A stretch of 64,000 nucleotides of DNA from an uncultured Elusimicrobia bacterium (GCA_964537395.1 CAZIBN010000004.1:2115-66114), one strand, 5' to 3'; shown: positions 8,479-17,195, counted from the stretch's first letter. Notes: generated from the letters alone by a model not told the origin. Translations and numbers: made by a program.

Positions 8479-9515
8479 CCTCTATCATCAAGGCCGTTTA
8501 CCGTCGCCTCTTCCCAGTAGCCCTGCGAGAAAGAATCTCCTATCTCCGCGAGTGGGGCGCTGTCGTCGTCAACTACGCTCTGATGCGCTCGACCATCATG
8601 AATCTGTTCCATTCCTTCGGCGCCTGGCCGCACGCCCTCTACATCGAAGGCACCAATATCTGCAACGCCGCCTGCGTCTTTTGTGCCTACCCGCAGATGG
8701 AGCGCCCCAAGGTCACCATGCCGATGAAGACGTTCCAGAAGGCGATCGACGAGTACCTCGCCTTAGGTCCGGCAGAGGTGGATCTCACCCCCATCGTCGG
8801 CGACCCCTTCGCCGATAAGCACCTCTTCGAGCGCCTGGACGATCTTTCCGCGCGGCCGGGCGTCAAAAAATTCCATTTCTACACCAACGCGATCCTGATG
8901 AAGCCGTCCCAGATCGAGAGGCTCATGCCCTATGGGGAGCGCTTCCGTATTTTCTGCTCGTTCGGCGGCTTCACCCCGGAGGTCTATCACCGGATCATGG
9001 GCGTCGATAAATTCCACGAGGCCGTGGCCGGCATCCGCGCCCTCATCGAGGCGAAGATCCGCACCGGATCTAAAATCCAGATCCAGGTCAACCTCCGCGT
9101 GCCCAAGGGCGACGAGGGCGGCGAGTTCTGGGACTACCTCCAACTCCGAAAAAAGGAAGGCGCCATCACCCTCGACGGCGTGGCCGACTACGACAACTGG
9201 GGCGGGAAGATCCTCAATGAGACGCTGAACGCGGCCGGCTTGATCCCCAAGCCTCCCCCCGTGCACCAGGGCGCATGCCGCCGACTCCTCACCGGCCCGG
9301 TCATCCTCTCCGACGGGCGGGTCAACGCCTGCTGCTGCCGGGACGTGGAGGCCACGCTCATCATCGGGGACATCAACAAGGAGCCTCTGAAAGAAATCCT
9401 CTCCGGGCCGGGCCTCAAGGATCTGTTGAGGCGTCACGCGCAGGGGGATTTCCCCGAGATCTGCAAAACCTGCACGAAATACCAGTCCGTGTGGGCCGGG
9501 GTCAGGGACGAGTAG
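8475..9515 (+). CDS. radical SAM protein with Cys-rich C-terminal (SPASM/twitch-like) region
   Basis: 346 aa. CNAACVFC is a CX3CX2C cluster motif. The C-terminus has ACRRL...NACCCRD...CKTCTKY. ATGA overlap with the wecB stop. Confidence 0.8.
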   Translation: MTSIIKAVYRRLFPVALRERISYLREWGAVVVNYALMRSTIMNLFHSFGAWPHALYIEGTNICNAACVFCAYPQMERPKVTMPMKTFQKAIDEYLALGPAEVDLTPIVGDPFADKHLFERLDDLSARPGVKKFHFYTNAILMKPSQIERLMPYGERFRIFCSFGGFTPEVYHRIMGVDKFHEAVAGIRALIEAKIRTGSKIQIQVNLRVPKGDEGGEFWDYLQLRKKEGAITLDGVADYDNWGGKILNETLNAAGLIPKPPPVHQGACRRLLTGPVILSDGRVNACCCRDVEATLIIGDINKEPLKEILSGPGLKDLLRRHAQGDFPEICKTCTKYQSVWAGVRDE

Positions 9516-10557
9516 CGGGCTTACGGGCCACCAGGCACAGGCAGTCGCCTTTACGATCGGGCATCAGAAGGCAAACCGCCAAGGCCACCGGGATCAGGAA
9601 CGGGAACATCACGACCTTGAAGGCGTCCCGGAGCACGACCTCGATCCGGCGCCGGCTCGCCTTGTCCGCGATCCGGGATTTCACGCCCGTCAGGGACTTC
9701 CCCTCCGCGCCGGCGTCCTCGGCCAGCAGGTCGGTCAAGGTCTTCTTCGCGCCCGCCTTTCCTCCGTACAGCAGACGCTTGACCCCCGACAGGGCGATCG
9801 GGAACAGCTTGTAGAAAAGCTGATCCGAGTAGGACTGGAAGGTGAAGTCGCTCACCCGGACCTCCAGGACCTCCAGGCCGTGGCGCTTCGCCAGGTCCGA
9901 CAGGGCTGACGCGGTCCAGCGTGTGTTATGGTTGGGCGGGAAATCCCAGGCCTCGCGCTCGAGAACGCGTATCCGATCATTGTTGGGGACCGTGACGACA
10001 AGAGCCCCCCCAGGCTGGATAAGCCGGACGATATGCCCGAACGAGCGCCCGGGCTCCGACAGGTGCTCGAGCACGTCGAAAATGGTGACGACATCGTAAG
10101 GCTGAAGCCCGGGCCGTTCGACCAGCTCCTGGATCTCGCCGATCTCGACGGTGTAGTTGCCCTTCCGCCGGCGCGCCATGTCGGGGTTTCCCTCCAGCCC
10201 GGACAAGGCCCCCCGCCAGCCTTCCTCGCCGGCTCGCACGAGGAAGCGCCCGTCCCCGCTGCCGATGTCCAGGAGGCGTCCATGAAGATCGAGCTCGCGC
10301 GCCTTGGAGAAGAAGAAATTGAAGCGCCAGTCTTTTTTTGGCGACGGGTGGATGATCCACTCCGCTTCGGAGTAGAGATGGGCGGCCTTCGTGTACCACT
10401 CCCGGAGCGGGAACTCCGGCGGTATGACGGAAAACGTCACGCCGCACCGGCCGCAGACATGGATGTCGAAATCCTGACCGAAGAGCGGCTCCCGGAAGGT
10501 CTCGCGCGGAAGGCTCTCGGCGGGCGCGGCGCAGGCGGTGCAATTCATCGGCGGCAT
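9502..10557 (-). CDS. class I SAM-dependent methyltransferase with N-terminal Cys4 zinc ribbon and C-terminal TM helix
   Basis: Trimmed to MPPMNCTACAA, 1 nt after the upstream stop. Carries CxxC...CxxC, the SAM motif LLDIGSGDGRF, DVLEHL, and the hydrophobic tail VVMFPFLIPVALAVCLL. Confidence 0.8.
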   Translation of the reverse strand: MPPMNCTACAAPAESLPRETFREPLFGQDFDIHVCGRCGVTFSVIPPEFPLREWYTKAAHLYSEAEWIIHPSPKKDWRFNFFFSKARELDLHGRLLDIGSGDGRFLVRAGEEGWRGALSGLEGNPDMARRRKGNYTVEIGEIQELVERPGLQPYDVVTIFDVLEHLSEPGRSFGHIVRLIQPGGALVVTVPNNDRIRVLEREAWDFPPNHNTRWTASALSDLAKRHGLEVLEVRVSDFTFQSYSDQLFYKLFPIALSGVKRLLYGGKAGAKKTLTDLLAEDAGAEGKSLTGVKSRIADKASRRRIEVVLRDAFKVVMFPFLIPVALAVCLLMPDRKGDCLCLVARKPATRP

Positions 10558-10558
10558 T

Positions 10559-11749
10559 CTAGCAAGAACGGTCCGACCAGGCGCCGATCTTACGGCGCAA
10601 GATGTCCAGGCCCCGACCGACCCCGCCCGCGACGCCGGCCAGCAAGGCCGCGGGCCCGTGCTGGAACAGCTCGGACGCCATCGCGCCGCAAGCCCCGAGG
10701 CGTCCGTGCAAAAGAAGGGACAGAGCGTGTACGAAAAGATCGGCGATCTGGCGCGCTTTGAATTCCGGGCTGATCTGGAACGCGGCCGGCCGCCGCGCCC
10801 CGGCAAAAGCCACGTTCAGCCCGCTCATAACCGCATCGAAGGAAGGCCCTTCCTCGTACTCCCGAAGCGCCCGCGCATAAGCGGAAGCCGCGACCCTCTC
10901 CCTTTCCTCATCGTGGGACAGGTAATAGCGCACCTTCTCAAGCAGGGTCTGTCGGTCGGTGAAGCAGTCGAGCTCCTTGCCGATCTCGAAGATATGAGGC
11001 AGGGCGGGGTAGTATTCGCTCAGGCAGAAGGAGCGCGTCATGGCGACCTCGATCGTCCGCCCCTTGTGCCCCATGGTTTTATCGGCCGTGGGATTTTCAA
11101 GCCGGCTGAAGCTGAGGTTGATCTTGCTGCGATTGAATATCTTCGGCACCTCGGAATTAGGGATAAAGCCGTTGCTTGAGCCGAAGCCATAGCTTTCGAC
11201 CTTGATCCCGCTGGCGAAAAGGAAATCCACATACTCCTTTCGATCTGTCTTCCCGCAATTACCCACGAAGGAAACATCGATATCCTTGGGCAGGTCGAGC
11301 ACGGGGAACAGCTCACGCGAAACGCTGTTCAGGCAAAGGATCGCAGGGACTCCGAGCGCCTGGTAGGCGGCGACGGAGAAATAATCGGTCGTCACGACGG
11401 CGTCCGCCGCCTGAGCGTAGTATTTGGAATGGAGATCGAAGGCGCTCTCGTCGTCATAGCACGCAAGCACGATCTTGACGCTCTTTTTGAGCTCGATGAG
11501 GAATTCGACCGGCACCAGATAGCTGTCGGCGTAAAAGGTCACGAAGAAAACGTCGATCTTCTTCTCCGCGATGATCCGGGAGATCGAGCGCCTGGTTTCG
11601 ACGATTCCCAGCCGTTTATACATCTCGATGAAGTTGAATTCGACGAGGCTGTCGCAACGCTTACGCAGGGCGCGGGTGTGGATATACCCGTCGCAACCCT
11701 CCGGGGTCATCACCAGGACGTTCTTGAACCGCGCGTGGATTAGGGGCAT
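10559..11749 (-). CDS. CgeB-like (DUF3880-type) glycosyltransferase family protein
   Basis: 396 aa. Its overall pattern resembles spore-maturation CgeB-type glycosyltransferases (DVSFVGN..., KINLSFSR, YYLSHDEERERVA). The family assignment is from memory only. Confidence 0.6.
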   Translation of the reverse strand: MPLIHARFKNVLVMTPEGCDGYIHTRALRKRCDSLVEFNFIEMYKRLGIVETRRSISRIIAEKKIDVFFVTFYADSYLVPVEFLIELKKSVKIVLACYDDESAFDLHSKYYAQAADAVVTTDYFSVAAYQALGVPAILCLNSVSRELFPVLDLPKDIDVSFVGNCGKTDRKEYVDFLFASGIKVESYGFGSSNGFIPNSEVPKIFNRSKINLSFSRLENPTADKTMGHKGRTIEVAMTRSFCLSEYYPALPHIFEIGKELDCFTDRQTLLEKVRYYLSHDEERERVAASAYARALREYEEGPSFDAVMSGLNVAFAGARRPAAFQISPEFKARQIADLFVHALSLLLHGRLGACGAMASELFQHGPAALLAGVAGGVGRGLDILRRKIGAWSDRSC

Positions 11750-13293
11750 CAGATCGCGCGGGAGGAAAGCTTCGACTCCACCAAGGTCTTGATGAATTCA
11801 CGATCTTCGTCGTACAAACCCACCCACATCGCCGCGGCATAGAGCAACCCGCCGCCCGCGCTCAGCAGGAGCAGGCGCGGCCACGTCTGCGCCAGCGCAT
11901 GCAACGGGAACACGACCGCCAGAAGCAGGCTCGCGCTCAAGACCGGCCTATGAAGGACATCCGTGAAATAATCCTTCCAGGACAGCGCCAAAAACCTGCG
12001 ATGGACCAGCCACACATTCACCACGGTCACCACTGCCTGGCTCAGGCACGCCCCCATGGCCGCCCCCAGGATGTGATAGCGGGGGATCAGCCAGAGCCAG
12101 GCCAGGATGTTGAGCATGGCCTGCGCCCAGGAGCCCGCGGAGTAGTATTCCGGATGATCACGGCTGGTCGAGATGTTGTTCGGGATGAAGTTGATCGCCG
12201 CGAACGCCTGCGTCAAGACGAGGAATCTCGCGGGCCACACGCTGCGCCCGACGAATTCCGGGCCCAGCCATAGCGTCAGGAACTGGGGCATCAAAGAGAA
12301 GAGCATCACCAGAAACGGCAGCACGATCCAGAGCAGGAACCGGGACGATTTGAGATACATCCGGACCAGCCGCTCACGGGCGTCCGGCCCGTGGATCTCA
12401 CTCATCATGGGCAGGAGCACGGACGCGATCGTGGCGGGCAAGGTCTGCAGCCTCTGCAGCAGGCCCGCCGGCACGGAGTAAAGCGTCAGGTCGATCAAGG
12501 ACACCGTGCGGACGATCAAGGTCTTATCCAGCTGGGAGTTCGCGATGGACGCGACGGGAACGAGCCAGGAGCTGATGCTGAACGCGGCGAATTTTTTGAA
12601 CGATAGAGCCTCGCCGTTCTTGAAATCGCGCGCGGGCCGAAGGAGCTTCCACAGAACGGCGAAGAAGATCAGGCAGATTCCCGCCTGGAGCAGGACGTAC
12701 CATGCGGCAACCCCCCCCAAGCCCAAGCCCTGCGAGATCAAAGCGGCGGCGCCCAGGGGCATGAGGCCGTTTAGAAGCAAGGAGAGGCCGGCCTGCCAGT
12801 CGAAGCGGTGAAGCCCCTGGAGGACGGCGCTCGAGAACTGGATCAGCGCGGAGAAGACCGCGCCCAGCGCGGCGGCGCAAAGAACCCAGGATGCCAGATC
12901 GAGCAACGGCGGCGGAACGTGAAACAGGCGAAAGGCCCAAAAACGGGCTCCGCCGGCGACCACGGCTGCGCCGAGCAGGGCTCCCAGGAGATGCGTCGAT
13001 CCCGCGTAAAAGAGGATGTCCCGCAGGCCGCCGCGATTGCGTGAGGCGTGGAACTGGGCCGTGTACTTGATCGTCGCCGCGCTGGCCCCGAACGAGAGCA
13101 AAGACAGGTAGCCCGCCGTCGCGTAAAGGAGCACGTACAGGGCGTAAGTCTCGATGCCCATACGATGGACCAGGTAGGGGGTCACGAAGAAGCCGATCAC
13201 GGCGACGCCGAGCTGGCCGAGCAGGTTGAATCCGGTATTGCGCACGAACTGCCTGGCTTTGCTCATTTTTGTATCCACATGATACCACGGCAA
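11749..13293 (-). CDS. MOP/Wzx-type polysaccharide (oligosaccharide) flippase
   Basis: 514 aa, polytopic membrane protein. N-terminus SKARQFVRNTGFNLLGQLGVAVIGFFVTPYL is typical of Wzx/PST flippases. TTG start preceded by GGGGGAGG; the alternative ATG is at 13266. Confidence 0.8.
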   Translation of the reverse strand: MPWYHVDTKMSKARQFVRNTGFNLLGQLGVAVIGFFVTPYLVHRMGIETYALYVLLYATAGYLSLLSFGASAATIKYTAQFHASRNRGGLRDILFYAGSTHLLGALLGAAVVAGGARFWAFRLFHVPPPLLDLASWVLCAAALGAVFSALIQFSSAVLQGLHRFDWQAGLSLLLNGLMPLGAAALISQGLGLGGVAAWYVLLQAGICLIFFAVLWKLLRPARDFKNGEALSFKKFAAFSISSWLVPVASIANSQLDKTLIVRTVSLIDLTLYSVPAGLLQRLQTLPATIASVLLPMMSEIHGPDARERLVRMYLKSSRFLLWIVLPFLVMLFSLMPQFLTLWLGPEFVGRSVWPARFLVLTQAFAAINFIPNNISTSRDHPEYYSAGSWAQAMLNILAWLWLIPRYHILGAAMGACLSQAVVTVVNVWLVHRRFLALSWKDYFTDVLHRPVLSASLLLAVVFPLHALAQTWPRLLLLSAGGGLLYAAAMWVGLYDEDREFIKTLVESKLSSRAI

Positions 13294-13325
13294 GGGCGCC
13301 TCCCCCTTATATAGGGAAGGCGCCC
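13294..13325 (-). terminator. GC-rich hairpin downstream of the GER-repeat gene
   Basis: GGGCGCCTCCC..GGGAAGGCGCCC imperfect stem around a TTATATA loop. There is no U-tract. It overlaps the putative Shine-Dalgarno of the flippase TTG start. Confidence 0.4.
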
Positions 13326-13344
13326 CATTCGTGATCCGTGCGAT

Positions 13345-13899
13345 CTAGCGGCGGCCGCGGCGCTGAATGTTCTCTCCGCGCTTCTCACGGCGCTCGCCCC
13401 GGCGCTCCATGCGCTCGCCCCGCTTTTCACGACGTTCGCCCTGCTTTTCCATGCGCTCGCCGCGCTTCTCACGGCGCTCGCCCTGGTTCTCGAGCCTCTC
13501 CCCCTTATTTTCCATACGCTCGGCGGCCTTGTCCTTGCCTTCAGCCTCAAACTTTTCGGATTTTTCCTGGAACTTCTCGCCGCGCTCCTGCATGCGCTCG
13601 CCCTGCTCGTCCAGCTTCTCTCCGCGTTCCTCGCGGCGTTCGCCCTGGCGCTGCATGCGTTCGCCTTTCTTTTGCTTGCGCTCGCCCTGCTTCTCGAGAC
13701 GCGCACCGCGGTTCCCGAGCGCGGGGCTGGCGGGGATCGCGCCGCCGCCCGGGGCTCCGGGCTGGGCCGGCGTCACGCCGGACGGCGTCTGCTGGACGCC
13801 GTCGCCGCTCGTCTCATCGGTCGCGGCATCCCCGGCGCGAGCTGAAACTGAAACCATTAAAACGATCGCAAGCAACGCCCAAGTCATCTTATTCATCAT
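13345..13899 (-). CDS. secreted, highly charged GER-heptad repeat protein
   Basis: AGGGGGA Shine-Dalgarno and signal peptide MMNKMTWALLAIVLMVSVSARA, then a Pro/Gly linker, then about 17 heptads of type GER(R/M)E(K/R)x. It is the only one of four overlapping ORFs here with a start context and a signal peptide. Confidence 0.65.
   Translation of the reverse strand: MMNKMTWALLAIVLMVSVSARAGDAATDETSGDGVQQTPSGVTPAQPGAPGGGAIPASPALGNRGARLEKQGERKQKKGERMQRQGERREERGEKLDEQGERMQERGEKFQEKSEKFEAEGKDKAAERMENKGERLENQGERREKRGERMEKQGERREKRGERMERRGERREKRGENIQRRGRR
13348..13707. repeat. 21-bp periodic tandem repeat (coding)
   Basis: The repeat is visible as reiterated gcgctc[g/a]cc..cgcttctc units. It keeps four frames open on both strands. 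Confidence 0.8.
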
Positions 13900-13910
13900 T
13901 CCCCCTTTGA

Positions 13911-15260
13911 TCACACCCGTTCGAAATAACGGCCGCGCTCCCAGTCGGTGACGGCCCGGTCGGAAGCCGCCTGCTCGGCCTTGGCCGCATGCAGATAATG
14001 AGCGTGCACCTCGTCGCCGAAGGCCGCCCGCGCGGCGGCCGACTTCTCAAAGAGTCCGATCGCCTCGGTCAAGGTCTTGGGCACCGGAGAGACCTTCGCC
14101 TTGTAGGCGTCGCCCGCGAGCTCCGCCGGCGGGTCGATCTTCTTTTCGATGCCGTAAAGGCCCGCGGCGATGGTGGCAGCCAGCGCGAGATAAGGATTGG
14201 CGTCCGCGCCGGGGATGCGGTTCTCGATGCGCAGAGAGTCCCCCTCCCCCACGACCCGGTAGCCGCAGGTCCGGTTGTCCCGCGCCCAGGCGATGCGCGT
14301 CGGCGCGAAGGTCGCGGCCTGGTACCTCTTATAGGAGTTGACCGTTGGTGCGAAGCACAAGGAAAACTCTCGCGCGAGCGCCATCGCTCCGCCGAGGAAC
14401 CAGCGGAATTCCTTGGTAGGCTTGCCGCCGGACGAGAACATCGAGCGTCGGCCGGCTTTATCCCACAAGCTCGCGTGAATATGGCACGAGGAGCCGGCGA
14501 GCTTGTCGCTGTATTTCGCCATAAAGGTCAGCGACGCCCCCTTCTGCATCGCGATCTCCTTGGCGCCGTGCTTGTACACGGTGTGGAGGTCGGCCATCTG
14601 GACCGGGTCGGAGTACTCGAGGTTGATCTCGTGCTGCCCGGGGCCCCACTCGCCCTTCGAGTTCTCGATCGGCACGCCGGAGGCTTCCATCAGGTTGCGG
14701 ATCTCCCCCACCACCGGCTCCTCGCGAGTGCCCTGGAGGATGTGGTAGTCCTCGATGTAGGTTCCATAATGCTCCAACCCCGTCCAATTCTTCTTCTGGG
14801 CGGTTTCATAAGTCTCGCGAAGCAGATAGAACTCGAGCTCGGTCGCCATCTTGAGCGACCAGCCTTTCGCCGCCGCGCGCGCGACCTGGTCCTTCAATAT
14901 CTGGCGCGGGGAGACTTTGATCGGATTCTCGTGCGCCGAATCCATCACGTCGGCGATGACGAGCGCCGTGCCGGGCTGCCAGGCCAGCGCCCGCCACGTC
15001 GAGAAATCGGGCATGAGAGCGAAGTCCTGATAGCCTTTGTCCCAGCTCGTCAGCGCGAAGCCGGGCACCGGATCCATCTCCATGTCGACGGTGAGCAGAT
15101 AGGCGCAGGCGTGCGTGCCGTGGGCCGCGACCGACTTCGCGAAATGACGGGCGGTGAAGCGCTTACCGATCCAGCGGCCCTGCATGTCGGGCATCGCGAG
15201 GATCACCGTGTGGAACTTTCCCTTCTTGATGGCGGCCAACAAGGACGCGGCATTGTTCAT
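13911..15260 (-). CDS. glutamine synthetase family protein (GlnA-like; possible gamma-glutamyl-amine ligase)
   Basis: Trimmed to MNNAASLL because the upstream codons are AT-rich. Carries GS catalytic-domain motifs GSSCHIHASLWD, NSYKRY and RIENRIPGADANPYLALAA. Confidence 0.85.
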   Translation of the reverse strand: MNNAASLLAAIKKGKFHTVILAMPDMQGRWIGKRFTARHFAKSVAAHGTHACAYLLTVDMEMDPVPGFALTSWDKGYQDFALMPDFSTWRALAWQPGTALVIADVMDSAHENPIKVSPRQILKDQVARAAAKGWSLKMATELEFYLLRETYETAQKKNWTGLEHYGTYIEDYHILQGTREEPVVGEIRNLMEASGVPIENSKGEWGPGQHEINLEYSDPVQMADLHTVYKHGAKEIAMQKGASLTFMAKYSDKLAGSSCHIHASLWDKAGRRSMFSSGGKPTKEFRWFLGGAMALAREFSLCFAPTVNSYKRYQAATFAPTRIAWARDNRTCGYRVVGEGDSLRIENRIPGADANPYLALAATIAAGLYGIEKKIDPPAELAGDAYKAKVSPVPKTLTEAIGLFEKSAAARAAFGDEVHAHYLHAAKAEQAASDRAVTDWERGRYFERV

Positions 15261-15387
15261 GGGCTGAGTGTAAGATAAAAGCCCAAAGCTGTCCAGTCCA
15301 CCCCCTAAAAATAACAACATATCAACAAACAGCACTTATCGACACTGAACAATCTCTAAAGACGTTAATTAGCAATATGATGAGGTC

Positions 15388-15416
15388 TTGACAACTTTAT
15401 AACCACATGCTAAGAT
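15388..15416 (+). promoter_or_regulatory. sigma70-type promoter of parAB
   Basis: TTGACA (15388-15393), 17-nt spacer, TAAGAT (15411-15416). Confidence 0.6.
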
Positions 15417-15435
15417 AGTTTTCACGAGTAAACAC
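15417..15435. repeat. 19-bp direct repeat copy 1 (parS-like core)
   Basis: AGTTTTCACGAGTAAACAC lies immediately after the -10 box. An identical copy is at 15459..15477. Confidence 0.85.
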
Positions 15436-15458
15436 CCGTTTTCGATGTCAGGAAAATG

Positions 15459-15477
15459 AGTTTTCACGAGTAAACAC
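15459..15477. repeat. 19-bp direct repeat copy 2
   Basis: AGTTTTCACGAGTAAACAC ends 3 nt before the parA ATG. Confidence 0.85.
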
Positions 15478-15480
15478 AAC

Positions 15481-16296
15481 ATGGCTGAAATAATCGCGAT
15501 TGCAAATCAGAAGGGAGGGGTGGGGAAAACCACCACTGCTGTCAATCTGGCCTCGGCTTTGGCCGTCCTGGGCCACGAAACCCTCTTAATCGACATGGAC
15601 CCCCAAGGCAACGCCACATCCGGGGTAGGCTTCAACAAGCACGAATTCGACCCGAACATGTACGATGTCCTTGTGGATCTCCACCCGCTGGAAAAGACCA
15701 TCAAGCAGTCACCGCTGCCGAAACTATCCGCGGCGGGGGCAAACAACGATCTGGCGGGGGCCGAAATCGAACTCGTTTCGGCCCTAGCGCGCGAAAGCCG
15801 GCTCAAAGGGGCCCTTTCGGCGGTCAAGAACAGGTTTTCATTCGTGGTCATCGATTGCCCGCCGTCCTTGGGCCTTTTGACGGTCAATGCCCTGAATGCG
15901 GCCGACAAGATCATCATCCCCATCCAGGGAGAATACTACTCCATGGAGGGTTTAGCACAATTCACAGGGGCTGTGGATAGAGTGAAAAGTGCCTTGAACC
16001 CAAAACTCGAAACGGAGGGGGGGGTCCTGACCATGTTCGACTCCCGCATGACCCTCTCAAACCAGGTCAAGGACGAGGTTCAGAAGTTCTTCGGCCCCAA
16101 GATGTTCCAGTCCATCATACCCCGCAACATCCGCTTGGCCGAGGCCCCCGGGTTCGGCCAAAGCATTTTCCAGTACGACGCCAAGTCCAAGGGGGCCGAG
16201 GCCTACATGGCCTTCGCCCGGGAGTTCCTATCCCGACGGGGCCTGTCAACGCCACCCGCCCCAGTCGCCACAGAAACCACGGAGAATCCAGCATGA
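15481..16296 (+). CDS. parA: chromosome partitioning ATPase ParA/Soj
   Basis: 271 aa with deviant Walker A NQKGGVGKTTTAVNLA and the typical ParA/Soj layout. Confidence 0.95.
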   Translation: MAEIIAIANQKGGVGKTTTAVNLASALAVLGHETLLIDMDPQGNATSGVGFNKHEFDPNMYDVLVDLHPLEKTIKQSPLPKLSAAGANNDLAGAEIELVSALARESRLKGALSAVKNRFSFVVIDCPPSLGLLTVNALNAADKIIIPIQGEYYSMEGLAQFTGAVDRVKSALNPKLETEGGVLTMFDSRMTLSNQVKDEVQKFFGPKMFQSIIPRNIRLAEAPGFGQSIFQYDAKSKGAEAYMAFAREFLSRRGLSTPPAPVATETTENPA

Positions 16297-17195
16297 CCCG
16301 CAAAGCTCTCGGCCGCGGCCTTTCAGCCCTCATTCCCGCCTCCGCCACACCACTCCCTGCACCCTCGGCGGGAACGAATTCCGTTATTGAGGGGGGCGTC
16401 CTTAAGATCCCCGTCGAGAAGATCCGCCCCAACCATCTCCAACCCCGGCGCCACTTCGAACCTGAGGCCTTGGCCGCTCTCGCGAAAACGATCAGCCAGC
16501 ATGGTCTTGGACAACCCATCCTTGTGTCTTACGATTTGGCGACACGATCCTATGAGTTGATCGCCGGCGAACGCCGCTGGCGCGCAACCCAGCTCGCCGG
16601 TTTTAAGGAAATAGAGGTCATCGTCCGCGAGCCCAGGGACGAGAAGCACCGCATGGCCATGACCCTCATCGAGAACCTGCAGCGCGAAGAGCTCAATCCG
16701 ATCGAGGTCGCGCTCGGCTACCTGAGACTGATGAAGGAGTTCGGCATCAACCAGACCGCGCTCGCCGAAGAGGTGGGAAAGTCCAAGGCAACGATATCGA
16801 ACACCCTCCGTTTGCTGGAGCTCTCGGATGAAATCCAGAAAGCCCTGCAGTACGGCCAGGTCAGCGAGGGCCACGGCCGCGCGTTGCTGACGATCACCGA
16901 TCCTAACCTCCGCCACGCCGTATTCCAAAAGCTGGTCGCCAATAAATTATCCGTCCGGGAAACCGAGGCGCTGGCACGTGAGATGGAGGCCGGCCCTGCC
17001 TCCGATCAGGAGCCCGTCAAAAACAAAACGGAAGCCAAATCAGCCGACCTGCGCTCGCTCGAGGACTCTCTCCAGCAGATCCTCGGCACCAAGGTCGTCA
17101 TCCGCACCAAGAAGGTTGCCTCGAAAGGCTCCATCCAGATCTCATTCTTCTCCTTTGAAGACTTCGACCGCATAGTAAAAGTGCTTAATAAATAA
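16293..17195 (+). CDS. parB: chromosome partitioning protein ParB/Spo0J
   Basis: 300 aa. Carries the ParB box GERRWRA, ENLQREELNPIE, and HTH QTALAEEVGKSKATISNTLRLL. ATGA overlap with parA. Confidence 0.95.
   Translation: MTRKALGRGLSALIPASATPLPAPSAGTNSVIEGGVLKIPVEKIRPNHLQPRRHFEPEALAALAKTISQHGLGQPILVSYDLATRSYELIAGERRWRATQLAGFKEIEVIVREPRDEKHRMAMTLIENLQREELNPIEVALGYLRLMKEFGINQTALAEEVGKSKATISNTLRLLELSDEIQKALQYGQVSEGHGRALLTITDPNLRHAVFQKLVANKLSVRETEALAREMEAGPASDQEPVKNKTEAKSADLRSLEDSLQQILGTKVVIRTKKVASKGSIQISFFSFEDFDRIVKVLNK

Noticed and set aside
12916-12926. AACGTGAAACA, a perfect right half of the canonical parS, inside the flippase gene.
   Set aside because: The left half (GGCGG) does not match, so this is only a half-site and most likely chance.
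13263-13951. Three additional ORFs (13263..13706 minus, 13338..13910 plus, 13367..13951 plus) over the 21-bp repeat. I also considered whether the periodic repeat could be a CRISPR array.
   Set aside because: Only the 13345..13899 frame has a Shine-Dalgarno, a signal peptide and a sensible domain layout. The repeats are contiguous 21-bp units without unique spacers and no cas genes are nearby, so this is not a CRISPR array.
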